This document shows positions 9,848-19,765 of a DNA stretch of 64,000 nt, one piece after another. This stretch comes from an uncultured Bacilli bacterium (lineage in GTDB: Bacteria; Bacillota_I; Bacilli_A; RF39; UBA660): NCBI GenBank assembly GCA_947626275.1, contig CANQRL010000005.1:18992-82991 (forward strand), read 5' to 3'. A program made the position numbers and the translations under genes. The notes below the pieces were generated by a model. That model saw nothing but the letters and a program-made list of their open reading frames with translations. It was not told where the DNA came from and searched no databases. Every line of letters starts with the position of its first letter. Within the stretch, counting starts at the first letter, position 1.

Positions 9848-10839
9848 GGAGTGGGAATTGCTCCTACAATGGCATCGATAATTTGCTCGACAGAAACATT
9901 ATCTGCTAGGGCAGAAAAATGAAGGGAAATACGGTGACGTAAAATGTTGTATCTTAGATATTTGATATCATCTGGCGTTACATGTGTTCGTCCGTTTATG
10001 AGAGCCATCGCTTTAGAACATTCCATAAAAGCAATCGTCGCTCTCGTACTAGCTCCTAAACTGATATAACTTGCTAACTCTTTTCCAATAAATTGTTCTG
10101 GATATCTTGTCGCATAAACGATATTAGCAATATACTTTTTAATAGAATCATCAATGTATACTTTTTTCGTCAATTCTTGTAAGAAAGTGATATCTTCTAC
10201 TTGGAGAATAGAATCTGTTTTCGAAAAAATATCATTCTCGATTCTCTTTAGAATTTCCATCTCTTCTTCTACGGTTGGATAATCCACTTTTTCTTTCATT
10301 AAAAAGCGGTCTAACTGAGCTTCTGCTAAAACGTAAGTTCCTTCTTGTTCGATGGGGTTTTGAGTGGCAATGACGATGAAAACTTCAGGAAGTTTGAAAT
10401 TTTCTCCTCCGATAGTAATCTGTCTTTCTTGCATAGCCTCTAACATGGCACTTTGTGTTTTCGCACTAGAACGGTTAATCTCATCTAACAATAAAAAGTT
10501 AGCGTATACAGGCCCAATTTTCGTTTCAAAGGTATTATTACTATAGTTAAATATTTGGGTACCAATAATATCACTAGGTAATAAATCTGGCGTACACTGA
10601 ATTCTTGAAAAAGTTCCTGCTAAAGCATCGGTCATGACTTTTGCTGCGGTTGTCTTGGCTAGGCCGGGAACGGATTCTAGTAAAATATGTCCATTAGCCA
10701 TGAGACAAGTAAGAAGAGAAATTCCAAGTCTTTGTTGACCAACGATTCTTTCTCCATAATAGTTCCGTAAACGATTGACAATGTCTACTGCCCGTTGAAG
10801 TTCCTTTGGTTGAATATTTTGCTTTTCTTCTTGATTCAT
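9844..10839 (-). CDS. moxR: MoxR family AAA+ ATPase
   Basis: VPGLAKT, RIQCTPDLLPSD, DEINR, ATQNPIEQEGTY, LDRF. Confidence 0.95.
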   Translation of the reverse strand: MNQEEKQNIQPKELQRAVDIVNRLRNYYGERIVGQQRLGISLLTCLMANGHILLESVPGLAKTTAAKVMTDALAGTFSRIQCTPDLLPSDIIGTQIFNYSNNTFETKIGPVYANFLLLDEINRSSAKTQSAMLEAMQERQITIGGENFKLPEVFIVIATQNPIEQEGTYVLAEAQLDRFLMKEKVDYPTVEEEMEILKRIENDIFSKTDSILQVEDITFLQELTKKVYIDDSIKKYIANIVYATRYPEQFIGKELASYISLGASTRATIAFMECSKAMALINGRTHVTPDDIKYLRYNILRHRISLHFSALADNVSVEQIIDAIVGAIPTP

Positions 10840-10934
10840 ACATACCTCTCTATTCTTATCATCTTTATTATATCGAAATTTTATTAAAAGAACAATGAAT
10901 GTGGTATAATAAAGTTACTTTGATAGGAGGAAAT

Positions 10935-11453
10935 ATGAAATTATTAATTGCATCCGATATTCATGGTTCTGGCTACTATATGGAAAAGTTAGAACAAGCC
11001 ATTCTAAGAGAAAATCCTGATAAAATTGTTCTGCTAGGAGATTTTCTCTATCAAGGTCCACGAAATCCTTTTTCAGAACAGTATAATCCCATGAAAGTGG
11101 TAGAAATTTTAAAAAAATATCGAGATAAAATTATAGCTGTAAGGGGAAATTGTGATTCAGAAGTAGATGAAAAAGTATTAGAATTTCCTATTATGGAGGA
11201 TTATCAAGTATTGGAAGTGGATGGTCATAAATTCTATTTCACACATGGGCATGTCCTAGAAAAAGTTCCTTATCAGGATGGAATCTTGATTCATGGGCAT
11301 ACGCATGTTTATCATTTGGGAAAAGATTATATCAATCCTGGGTCTATTTCTCTTCCTAAAGTCCATGAAGAACATACTTATCTTATCTATCAAAACCATG
11401 TTTTTACCCTTTATGATGACGATGGAAATAAATTAGAAGAAATAAGTCTATAA
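10935..11453 (+). CDS. YfcE-family metallophosphoesterase
   Basis: SDIHG, GD, VRGNCD, THGH, HGHTH, NPGS. Start moved to the ATG after AGGAGG. Confidence 0.9.
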   Translation: MKLLIASDIHGSGYYMEKLEQAILRENPDKIVLLGDFLYQGPRNPFSEQYNPMKVVEILKKYRDKIIAVRGNCDSEVDEKVLEFPIMEDYQVLEVDGHKFYFTHGHVLEKVPYQDGILIHGHTHVYHLGKDYINPGSISLPKVHEEHTYLIYQNHVFTLYDDDGNKLEEISL

Positions 11454-11528
11454 AAATTTTCCCCTTTATTTGACTTTTTTCGTATTTTATGGCATCATAG
11501 ATACCACGAAAAAAGGGGGAGTTTTTTT

Positions 11529-12425
11529 ATGCAGTACAAAATTCATTTAAATATGCGTAAAATCTCAAAACTGGAAAATCCATTTAAAATGCATCGAGAA
11601 AATGTTTTAACCTATGTGGATATGGATCCTGAGCTACTGAAAGAAAAAGATTCTTGGTATTATATTGATGGACGGGTAATGTTTTTTAAGCCAAGAGACG
11701 ATGTAAGAGTTGCGGGAGAATGTATTTCTCAGGCCTATGCGGAAGCTTTAGGAGAAAAGGCAGCGAAATATTCGGTTGTGAAATTAAACGAAAGATTAGG
11801 CCTTATTAGCGAAAATTTTCAAGATTGTGGTCGATATCAATACTATGATTTTTGCCAGCTTTACCAGTTGTTTTCATCTTTCCCTAGACGTTATAACTGC
11901 TTTACCTTGAAAGAATTATTAAAAACGGTAGAGTATTATGAACCAGAGGGGGGACTCGATTTACAGCAGGCATTGATTAATCGCTTTATTTTTGATTGGT
12001 TTACGCATCAATTAGATAGTAATCCAAGAAATACCAATTTAAGAAGACATAAAAAGACTAGAAAACTAGAGCTAGATCATGTGTTTGACAAGGAACAATC
12101 GTTTGGCGTGAATTCCGCTGGAATGTTTGATGAGGAAATGTTAGAGATGTGGATTCCGTCTATTCCTTATGATGAAATTGATTTTAAAGAACATCCTTAT
12201 CAAGTGGATGGGTTAGATGCGAATGTCTTCGCACTTCTCATTGATTATCCTGATATGACAGCTAAAGCCTTAGAACATGTCTTTTCTATCTCGTACAAAG
12301 AAATTTTAGATTCTTTTGTAAGCGGAGAAAATTCTTTCAGTTTACCAGAAGGAACTCTAGCCTATCTAAAAGGAATTGGCGAGAAAAAGGAGCACGAAAA
12401 AGAAAAATTATATCAACTAGTATAG
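11529..12425 (+). CDS. HipA/CtkA-like kinase domain protein (paralog 1)
   Basis: FFK, GE-x-I-S (alphaC Glu), GLISENF, DWFTHQLDSNPRN, VFDKEQSF. Confidence 0.7.
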   Translation: MQYKIHLNMRKISKLENPFKMHRENVLTYVDMDPELLKEKDSWYYIDGRVMFFKPRDDVRVAGECISQAYAEALGEKAAKYSVVKLNERLGLISENFQDCGRYQYYDFCQLYQLFSSFPRRYNCFTLKELLKTVEYYEPEGGLDLQQALINRFIFDWFTHQLDSNPRNTNLRRHKKTRKLELDHVFDKEQSFGVNSAGMFDEEMLEMWIPSIPYDEIDFKEHPYQVDGLDANVFALLIDYPDMTAKALEHVFSISYKEILDSFVSGENSFSLPEGTLAYLKGIGEKKEHEKEKLYQLV

Positions 12426-12438
12426 AAGAGGTGAAAGA

Positions 12439-13344
12439 ATGACATTTAAATTACAGGTCATGAAAGATAACATTCAAATCGTCGAAAGGGCGAAGAAAAT
12501 GGACAAGCGAGATGTTTTAAGAAATGTCCAAATTGAACCGGAACATTTAAAAGAAAAAAATAACTGGTATCGTATTTTAAATACCGTTCAATATTTTAAA
12601 AAAAGAGATGATTGCCGAGTAATCGGGGAACTTTTATCCTGCGCTATTGCCAATCAATTCTCATTAGAAACAGCTAGTTATGAGATTGCTTTTCTAAAAG
12701 GAAGATTAACGCTTCCTGCGTTAGGATTATTATCTCCCAATGTTCAAAGTAAAGAGTTTACTTATTACGATGTAACGACACTGCATCGATTATTTCCAGA
12801 ACTTCCTAGAAAATATAGTGAATATAGCTTAAAAGAACTTTTAGATTCTTTTCGCTATAATCAAGTTCCTGGATGTGAACAACTTATTAAAGATATTATT
12901 ACCGTCTATGTCCTAGATTGGTTTACTCATCAGTTAGATAGAAATCCCAAAAACTTGCTTTTTAAAAGGGATCAACAGCAGGTAATCAGCCTTTCTCCAT
13001 TAATCGATAGTGAAAGTTCTTTTGCTGTCAATCATGAAGGAAATTTTGATGAAGAATATAACCCAATATGGGTTCCAGCCATCCCTTATGACGATTTAGA
13101 CTTTCGAGATAATCCGTATCAAATAGAGGATTTGGATGCCAATATTGTGTCTCTTATTATGGACTATCCAGAAATTGTTATTCCTGTCTTGAAGCAGTTA
13201 TCTGATACCAATTTTGATGCTTTAATTACGGAATATCAAAAGACGATGAATAGTAAAGTTTATATTGAAAAGGAAGGAATCGATTTCTTAAAACAATTTG
13301 TTTACCGAAAACAAGAGACGAGCCAACGGATGTTGCAATTTTAA
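12439..13344 (+). CDS. HipA/CtkA-like kinase domain protein (paralog 2)
   Basis: YFK, GELLS, GLLSPNV, DWFTHQLDRNPKN, LIDSESSF. Collinear with the upstream paralog. Confidence 0.7.
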   Translation: MTFKLQVMKDNIQIVERAKKMDKRDVLRNVQIEPEHLKEKNNWYRILNTVQYFKKRDDCRVIGELLSCAIANQFSLETASYEIAFLKGRLTLPALGLLSPNVQSKEFTYYDVTTLHRLFPELPRKYSEYSLKELLDSFRYNQVPGCEQLIKDIITVYVLDWFTHQLDRNPKNLLFKRDQQQVISLSPLIDSESSFAVNHEGNFDEEYNPIWVPAIPYDDLDFRDNPYQIEDLDANIVSLIMDYPEIVIPVLKQLSDTNFDALITEYQKTMNSKVYIEKEGIDFLKQFVYRKQETSQRMLQF

Positions 13345-13389
13345 AAATCTTAATGTTATTAAGATTTTTTTATTGGAAAGTATGCTATA

Positions 13390-14067
13390 ATGAAGATACT
13401 TAAGAGAATAGTTAGTAAGGAAGTTTTTATGGTTTTAGTAATTATTGGTCTTGTAGTTTTGTTTGTTTTAGCTATTTTAATTTGGACAGGGAGTGTTTCC
13501 TTTACCCAATTTTTATTAGTTGCTTTTTTGTTCTTATTAGTGGGAGCAATCATACAGATTGTACAGGACTGTCGACAATTTGGTATTCGCAAAGTTTTCC
13601 GACTTTCTCCTAAAGAAGCGAAGGAAGCTAATAGAATAGATATTTTGAAAAAAAGTTTAGAATCCCAAAAGGATAGTGTTGTTTTAGAAACAACCAAGTT
13701 TCCCAATACCTTGTTTGTTTTGAATGAAACGGGTATCTATTTCCTCTATTTATATCCTGTTGAGGGAGTGGTTAGAGTTTGCCCTAACAACTGGTATTTA
13801 AAACAAAAGAATGGTGAAATTCAAACGATTAATGGTTTTCAAGAGATAAAACAAATAGAAGAAATTGTAAAACAAAAAATTACTATTCCTGTGCAAGGAC
13901 TTCTAGTTTCTAATTTTCACACAGTATTTGATAAAATCAGTGGGGAGTATCCCGTTTTAAATGATGCGAGTATTCCTTTCTATATTCGCAGAACGGATTT
14001 AGATAAAATGTTGGGACCTGAAGAAATTACTTCTTTTGCCCAAATAATAAAAGAGAATTGGTGTTAA
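13390..14067 (+). CDS. Membrane protein, possible degenerate NERD-like domain
   Basis: Two N-terminal TM helices followed by an LFVLNETGIYFL beta strand pattern. Confidence 0.45.
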   Translation: MKILKRIVSKEVFMVLVIIGLVVLFVLAILIWTGSVSFTQFLLVAFLFLLVGAIIQIVQDCRQFGIRKVFRLSPKEAKEANRIDILKKSLESQKDSVVLETTKFPNTLFVLNETGIYFLYLYPVEGVVRVCPNNWYLKQKNGEIQTINGFQEIKQIEEIVKQKITIPVQGLLVSNFHTVFDKISGEYPVLNDASIPFYIRRTDLDKMLGPEEITSFAQIIKENWC

Positions 14068-14100
14068 TGTTCTATTTTTCAACAAGAACCAAAAAGAGAA

Positions 14101-14568
14101 CTATTCAACAGTTCTCTTTTTTAAGCGATTTTCTAATTTTCGAAGACTTCTTCTTTGTCCAGATAAGATGATTTCTTTCGCCTCTTCTAATGGAACCCAT
14201 CGATAGGAATCCATTTCTGGAAATTCTTGAAAATTGCCACTTCCTTTTGGAAATTCCTTTTGAAAAGTATTACTAAAACAATTTTCAGGATTAATTTCTG
14301 TCTCCGCACAAAAGAAGGTGACTAGCTTTCTACTTTTTTGTTTTTCTGTGTGGAGATATTCAAGGTTTTGAAAAGTAACCTTTTGTCCACATTCTTCTTC
14401 AAATTCTCTAATAGCGGCATTTTCCGCTTTTTCGCCTTTTTTTAACTCTCCCTTTAGAATGGACCACTTATTGGTTCCTTGCCAATAAGGACCACCCATA
14501 TGAGCTAAAAAGATAAAGATTTCGTTTTTTTCTATTTTATACGCAACAATACCCGCACTTCTTTTCAT
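14101..14568 (-). CDS. NUDIX hydrolase
   Basis: KG.....E....AAIREFEEECG Nudix box; HMGGPYW, FPEMD. Confidence 0.9.
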   Translation of the reverse strand: MKRSAGIVAYKIEKNEIFIFLAHMGGPYWQGTNKWSILKGELKKGEKAENAAIREFEEECGQKVTFQNLEYLHTEKQKSRKLVTFFCAETEINPENCFSNTFQKEFPKGSGNFQEFPEMDSYRWVPLEEAKEIILSGQRRSLRKLENRLKKRTVE

Positions 14569-14720
14569 AACTCACGTCCTTATTATCAATATAATGAGAA
14601 AATGAAAAAAAGTAAAGAGATTTTTTTCTTTTGATAGAGAATACAGTTATTGAAAAGTTTTAGATGACTTGGTAGAGGAGAATTTGCTATAATAAGAATA
14701 TATGGAAAGAAGGTAATAGT

Positions 14721-15248
14721 ATTCGAATTCACGGGTATAAAGCATTTTATGAGGACATGACAAATCGTGCGGGAATGTATTTTGAAGCGGGAAAAACCTA
14801 TTTTTGTCCAGGTAAGATCTCTTTTGGACCGAATGGTAATGGTTATCATTTTGCAGCACGGTTAGAAGATACCTTACGATACTATCCCACTATTTCTCTT
14901 CAAGAAGCTTTACCATCTATTAAAATAGCGGAAGTGATAGGATTTGGAGAAATAGTAGAGGGAAGCGATGAATATAATGGATATTATGATCTATATGCTT
15001 CCTCTTATCTATCGGTTCTCCATGTTTTATCGAGAGAAGAAATTCTTGCTTACGCGGCTTCTTTAAGAGATATCCGACTTGTACGGTTTCTTTCTACTTT
15101 TCAATTAGAGAAGGAAGAAATTCCTATTTTTCAGGGAAAATCCTTGGAAGCAGATTTGGCAATCGATTATTATCAGCGAGGAGAAGAGGACACCTATGAG
15201 AAGTTTTATCAAGGCAAAAAAGTATATCAGATTGGTCGTAAGGGTTAG
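14721..15248 (+). CDS. DUF7666-like (phage-type) protein; start probably upstream of the ATG at 14757
   Basis: In-frame upstream GYKAF followed by F.AGKTY, GYHFA..LEDTLRYY, IAEV.G.G. Confidence 0.55.
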   Translation: MRIHGYKAFYEDMTNRAGMYFEAGKTYFCPGKISFGPNGNGYHFAARLEDTLRYYPTISLQEALPSIKIAEVIGFGEIVEGSDEYNGYYDLYASSYLSVLHVLSREEILAYAASLRDIRLVRFLSTFQLEKEEIPIFQGKSLEADLAIDYYQRGEEDTYEKFYQGKKVYQIGRKG

Positions 15249-15282
15249 AAAATAGTTATTATAAAGAATACTAGGAGGAATT

Positions 15283-16317
15283 ATGTATAGGAATACATAT
15301 GTTAAAATTAAAGAGAAAAATATTGAGCAAAATGCTCGTCTATTAATAGAGAAAAATCCGGGCTATCAGTACTATTTTGGGGTAGTTAAAGCAGATTGTT
15401 ATGGACATGGAATGGCTGCTGTTTCGGCTTTACTTCGAGCAGGTATCAATTATCTAGCCGTAGCGACGCTATCAGAGGCTTTAGAAATTCGGGATAAACA
15501 CCCTAATATACCAGTTTTGATATTAGGATATGTCCCTACTGAATATTTAACTTTGTGTGCGGATAAAAACATAACGATTACTGTTCCTTCTTTGGAATAT
15601 GCGAGAAAAATAGAGGAGAAAAATTTGAAATGTCATATCAAAATCAATACGGGAATGAATCGTTTAGGAATCTCTTCCAAAGAGGAGTATGAAGAAATCT
15701 ATCAACTACTAGATAAGCAAGTAGAGGGCGTTTATACTCATATTTATAAAGCCAGTGATGAAGCGCTAACGAATCGGCAACTAGATCTTTTTGAACAAAT
15801 CGTAACCAATCCAAAAGAAATTCCTATTATTCATGTACGGGCTAGCGAAGCGACTATCCGTTACCCTAAAAGAGATTTTGAAAATGGTTGCCGTTTTGGA
15901 ATTATTCTTTACAATCTGATAGAAAATTCCTATCCCCTAAAAGATACGTTTTCGCTAGTAAGTGAAATTATTCAAATTCAGGAATTAGAAGAGGGAGAAA
16001 CAATAGGATATGATGGAGTCTATCAAGCTCATGGTAAGGAAAGAATCGCTATTATTCCGATTGGTTATGCCGATGGAATTATTCGCAAAAATGAGGGAAG
16101 AAATGTCTATATTCATCAGAAACCTTATCCAATCGTTGGACGTATTTGTATGGATATGCTATTTGTGAAAATTGATGAGGAAGTTTCTCTCCATGACGAA
16201 GTAGAAGTCATTAGAGATAGTCGTCATATTTGTGAGATTGCAAAACATTTAGAAACCATTTCTTATGAAGTGATTTGTAGTGTTGGAAAACGAGTCCCTC
16301 GTATCGTAGAAGAGTGA
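15283..16317 (+). CDS. alr: Alanine racemase
   Basis: VVKADCYGHG PLP lysine, TGMNRLG, GYADG, GRICMD. Confidence 0.95.
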   Translation: MYRNTYVKIKEKNIEQNARLLIEKNPGYQYYFGVVKADCYGHGMAAVSALLRAGINYLAVATLSEALEIRDKHPNIPVLILGYVPTEYLTLCADKNITITVPSLEYARKIEEKNLKCHIKINTGMNRLGISSKEEYEEIYQLLDKQVEGVYTHIYKASDEALTNRQLDLFEQIVTNPKEIPIIHVRASEATIRYPKRDFENGCRFGIILYNLIENSYPLKDTFSLVSEIIQIQELEEGETIGYDGVYQAHGKERIAIIPIGYADGIIRKNEGRNVYIHQKPYPIVGRICMDMLFVKIDEEVSLHDEVEVIRDSRHICEIAKHLETISYEVICSVGKRVPRIVEE

Positions 16318-16338
16318 TATAATAGAAGTGGTGATGAT

Positions 16339-17454
16339 ATGAATGAAGTATTTGAAAATATGAATCGACATGATCTTTATTTAGGAACTTATGCTACCCA
16401 CAATAAAGATGCTATCCGTTTAGTTGATGAAACACCAGATATGCGACCTAGTTTCTTTCGCGATATTGATCGGATTATCTATTGTTTATCTTATACTCGA
16501 TATATCGATAAGACTCAGGTTTTTAGCAATAGTGAAAATGATAATATTAGTAAACGAATGACCCATGTTCAAATGGTCAGCAAAATAGCGCGGACTTTAG
16601 CACGTGCCCTTAACTTAAATGAAGATTTAACAGAAGCGATTGCGTTAGGTCATGATTTAGGTCATGTTCCTTTTGGACACCCAGGAGAAGCAATTTTAAA
16701 TCGTATTAGTTTAGAAAAGACCGGAAGAATGTTTAATCACAATGTTCATAGTGTCCGGGTTTTAAAAGATATTGAGGAGCATGGCAAAGGAAGTAACATT
16801 ACCATTCAAGTACTAGATGGTATATTGTGTCATAATGGTGAATTCGTAAGTGATGCGTATTATCCTGAGCCAAAGACAACGGAACAGTTTTTACAGTTAT
16901 ATGAAAGCTGCTACACCGATGCCTCTGTTTTAAAAACATTACATCCGATGACGTTAGAGGGATGTCTCGTTAGAATTAGTGACATCATCGCTTACATTGG
17001 AAGAGATATTGAAGATGCGATTCGCCTAGGAGCGCTTTCTATCTCTGAAGTTCCTAAAAATATTATTGAAGTACTAGGTTCTACCAATCGGGAAATTATC
17101 AATACGGTCATTCTCGATATTATTGGTAATAGTTTAAATCAACCTTATATTAAAATGAGTGATAAGGTTTATCATGCTATCAAAGATTTAAAGGCTTTTA
17201 ATTATGAACACATCTATACGAAAGCAAATACGGAAGAAACATTAGGGCAATATGAAAAAATGTTCCGTTTCCTTTTTGATATCTATTTAGAGGATATTCA
17301 TGAGAAACGAAACGAAGAGGATATCTATCAAGTTTTTTTAGGAAATATGAGCGACCGCTACTTAATTAATACCAGTGATGAGCAAAAGGTTATCGATTTT
17401 ATCGCTGGTATGACCGATGATTATTTTCAAGCTCAATACGATAAGAGAAAATAA
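16339..17454 (+). CDS. dGTP triphosphohydrolase-like HD protein
   Basis: KTQVF, RMTH, HDLGHVPFGH, HN, D.IAY...DIED, DFIAGMTD. Confidence 0.9.
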   Translation: MNEVFENMNRHDLYLGTYATHNKDAIRLVDETPDMRPSFFRDIDRIIYCLSYTRYIDKTQVFSNSENDNISKRMTHVQMVSKIARTLARALNLNEDLTEAIALGHDLGHVPFGHPGEAILNRISLEKTGRMFNHNVHSVRVLKDIEEHGKGSNITIQVLDGILCHNGEFVSDAYYPEPKTTEQFLQLYESCYTDASVLKTLHPMTLEGCLVRISDIIAYIGRDIEDAIRLGALSISEVPKNIIEVLGSTNREIINTVILDIIGNSLNQPYIKMSDKVYHAIKDLKAFNYEHIYTKANTEETLGQYEKMFRFLFDIYLEDIHEKRNEEDIYQVFLGNMSDRYLINTSDEQKVIDFIAGMTDDYFQAQYDKRK

Positions 17455-17480
17455 AAAGTTATCATTGATGACTTTTTTTG

Positions 17481-17990
17481 TTAGAAGACACCTTTTAAAT
17501 GAAAAAAGCTGAAACCACAGTCTACTATAAAAATAAGAATGATAAGAATGGTTATGAAGGAAGGAATATTCTGAATAAAGGGATCAATCCAAGGTTTCAC
17601 AATATAGATTAAAAAAATGGATAAAAATCCCCATAGAAAAGAGATTTCTAGTGAAATATAGTGTCCTATGTGAAAAGGAAGCTGACTATAGTCCCAAAAG
17701 ACAATGCCAAAAATCTTTTCAATGAGTACTCCTCCTAACCATTCTAATAGAGTTAAAACCGCTACTAAAATAAAAAAGACAATGACCGTTTCTCGCCATC
17801 TTGGTAAATGTAAATTCATAAAAAAGTAGTGTGAGATGGTAATGATGAGAATCACCCCAATCCCATAAACAGGGGTAATCGGTCCATATAAAATGCCACT
17901 ATTAAATTTTTGATGAGTGATTACTGCTAGTAGCGTTTCAAAGAGAAAACCGATACAAGAATAGATAAAAAAGCAGTTGATATAATACAT
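17481..17990 (-). CDS. Putative ABC transporter permease (DUF1113-like)
   Basis: GILYGP..PVYG, WDYS, hydrophobic helices. Confidence 0.75.
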   Translation of the reverse strand: MYYINCFFIYSCIGFLFETLLAVITHQKFNSGILYGPITPVYGIGVILIITISHYFFMNLHLPRWRETVIVFFILVAVLTLLEWLGGVLIEKIFGIVFWDYSQLPFHIGHYISLEISFLWGFLSIFLIYIVKPWIDPFIQNIPSFITILIILIFIVDCGFSFFHLKGVF

Positions 17991-18322
17991 AGTATCACCA
18001 GTTTTAATATGGAGATAATTCGTCTATTTATGCAAACATCGTGTAACGAATGGTATTTTCCCTTGAAAAATAACATTTTTTTGTGTATAATGACTTTAGA
18101 GTAGAGGTGATGTATTTTAGAGGGTGTATATCTAAGATTGACAAAAAGAGCAATAAACTTGTTCTAGGACATTATTGCTATAATGTAATAGACCAATATT
18201 ATTGCCATGAAAGCTAATAAAAGGCATGGAGTGAAAAACAAATCGCCATGATTAGATATTAACCTAAAAGAAAGAATGTTAAAAATAGGGGTAATCATAT
18301 TTTAAATTAAGGAGGATGTATT

Positions 18323-18784
18323 ATGGTAGATGTTGTTATTGAAGTACCATTAAATTCAAAATTATCTTATGATGTAGTAAATAATGTACCTTATGTAAAA
18401 GAAGTGAGATATTTTCCTCTTCCTTATCCGATAGAAAGAGGATACATTAGTAATACTATTTCAGAAGATGGAAGTCGATTAAGAGCACTTTTATTAAATT
18501 CTGAGGAGACCATTGCTGGAGGCGTTGTACCAGCACGTGTAATTGGATATCTAGAAATGACGATTGATGGTATACCTGAAAATATGGTATTTACGGTATC
18601 TGATATTAATCCAAAGTATAAAGGTATTGAGAATTTATCTGATGTTTCTCATTTTACTTTAAAAGAAATTACAGATTATTATTCAAACTATGGACGGATA
18701 CATGATAAAAAGGTAGAAATTTTTAGATATCACTCTAAAGACGAAGCTTTAGAATTGATTAAGCAATGGGAAGATAACATGTAA
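18323..18784 (+). CDS. Family I inorganic pyrophosphatase-like protein with degenerate active site
   Basis: Collinear with ppa (VPARVIGYLEM, LSD.S.FTL.EI), but DGDPLD is replaced by DGSRLR. Confidence 0.75.
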   Translation: MVDVVIEVPLNSKLSYDVVNNVPYVKEVRYFPLPYPIERGYISNTISEDGSRLRALLLNSEETIAGGVVPARVIGYLEMTIDGIPENMVFTVSDINPKYKGIENLSDVSHFTLKEITDYYSNYGRIHDKKVEIFRYHSKDEALELIKQWEDNM

Positions 18785-18798
18785 AAAAAGAAGTTCAT

Positions 18799-19185
18799 CT
18801 AGGACTTCTTTTTTAGTTCCAATAATAATAATTGATATTCTCCTTGTAACCGTTGATAACGGTTTAATAACTCATTAGATATTCCAATCGTGCGCATATC
18901 TTTTTCCATTAGTAAAAGTTGAACGAGAGTAGATAAAATGGTATGTCCATTCGATGCATGAATCAATTTATCATAGTCAGCAAACAATTCTTTTTCTTGA
19001 TATTTTTTATCTTGCATGTATTCCCATAAAGCACTGGTATATCCATCCGCTTCCATAAAAGCATCTAGGGGCGTTAAAGTAGTTGCTAAAAAAGCAAAAT
19101 ATTCTAACCGTGAAAGAGGAAGAAGATGGGTATTTTCTTCTTTTTTGGTTTCACTAATAGGAATCAATTCAATTTCAAAATTCAT
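18799..19185 (-). CDS. Hypothetical protein
   Basis: 128-aa ORF with a GGTGA RBS. Confidence 0.6.
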   Translation of the reverse strand: MNFEIELIPISETKKEENTHLLPLSRLEYFAFLATTLTPLDAFMEADGYTSALWEYMQDKKYQEKELFADYDKLIHASNGHTILSTLVQLLLMEKDMRTIGISNELLNRYQRLQGEYQLLLLELKKKS

Positions 19186-19271
19186 ACTATCACCAATTTA
19201 ATGATAACACAAAATAGATGGAAAAACCATGCATTTTAGTGTATAATGAAAGTAATATTAGGAGGTAAAAC

Positions 19272-19757
19272 ATGGTAGATGCAATTATTGAGATACCAGT
19301 AGGTACTAGAAATAAATATGAGGTAGATAAAAAAAGAGGAGTGGTTAGACTAGATAGGGTATTATACTCAGCGATGACCTATCCAGCCGAATATGGGTAT
19401 ATTGGAGACACTTTAGCAGGAGATGGGGATCCTTTAGATATCCTAGTTATCAGTACTGAACCATCTTTTCCTGGTTGTGTAGTGCCAGCTAGGGTTATTG
19501 GCTATTTAGAGATGTATGATAACGGTAAGGAAGACTATAAAATTATTTCTGTAGTCGATGTTGATCCTCGATATAAGGAAGTAGAATCGTTAAGTGATTT
19601 ATCCAATTTTACACTACAAGAAATTCAAAACTTTTTTGAAAATTATAAAGTATTACAAGGAATTGATGTTACCGTAAAAGGATATCACGGAAAAGAAGAT
19701 GCTCTCGCAGTCATTGAGGAGAGTAAAAGAAACTACCAAGAAAAAAGCCAACACTAA
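19272..19757 (+). CDS. ppa: Inorganic pyrophosphatase (family I)
   Basis: NKYE, LDR, YG, DGDPLD, D-x4-DYK, FFENYK are all intact. Confidence 0.95.
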   Translation: MVDAIIEIPVGTRNKYEVDKKRGVVRLDRVLYSAMTYPAEYGYIGDTLAGDGDPLDILVISTEPSFPGCVVPARVIGYLEMYDNGKEDYKIISVVDVDPRYKEVESLSDLSNFTLQEIQNFFENYKVLQGIDVTVKGYHGKEDALAVIEESKRNYQEKSQH

Positions 19758-19765
19758 GTTGGTTT

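Noticed and set aside
5944-10839. MoxR-DUF58-vWA-vWA-TPR operon as a novel system
   Set aside because: Well-known Bat-like arrangement.
18205-18255. Fluoride-riboswitch-like words (GCTAAT, GGC-ATGGAGT, TCGCCAT) upstream of a PPase-like gene
   Set aside because: Elements are in the wrong order and spacing for the crcB motif.
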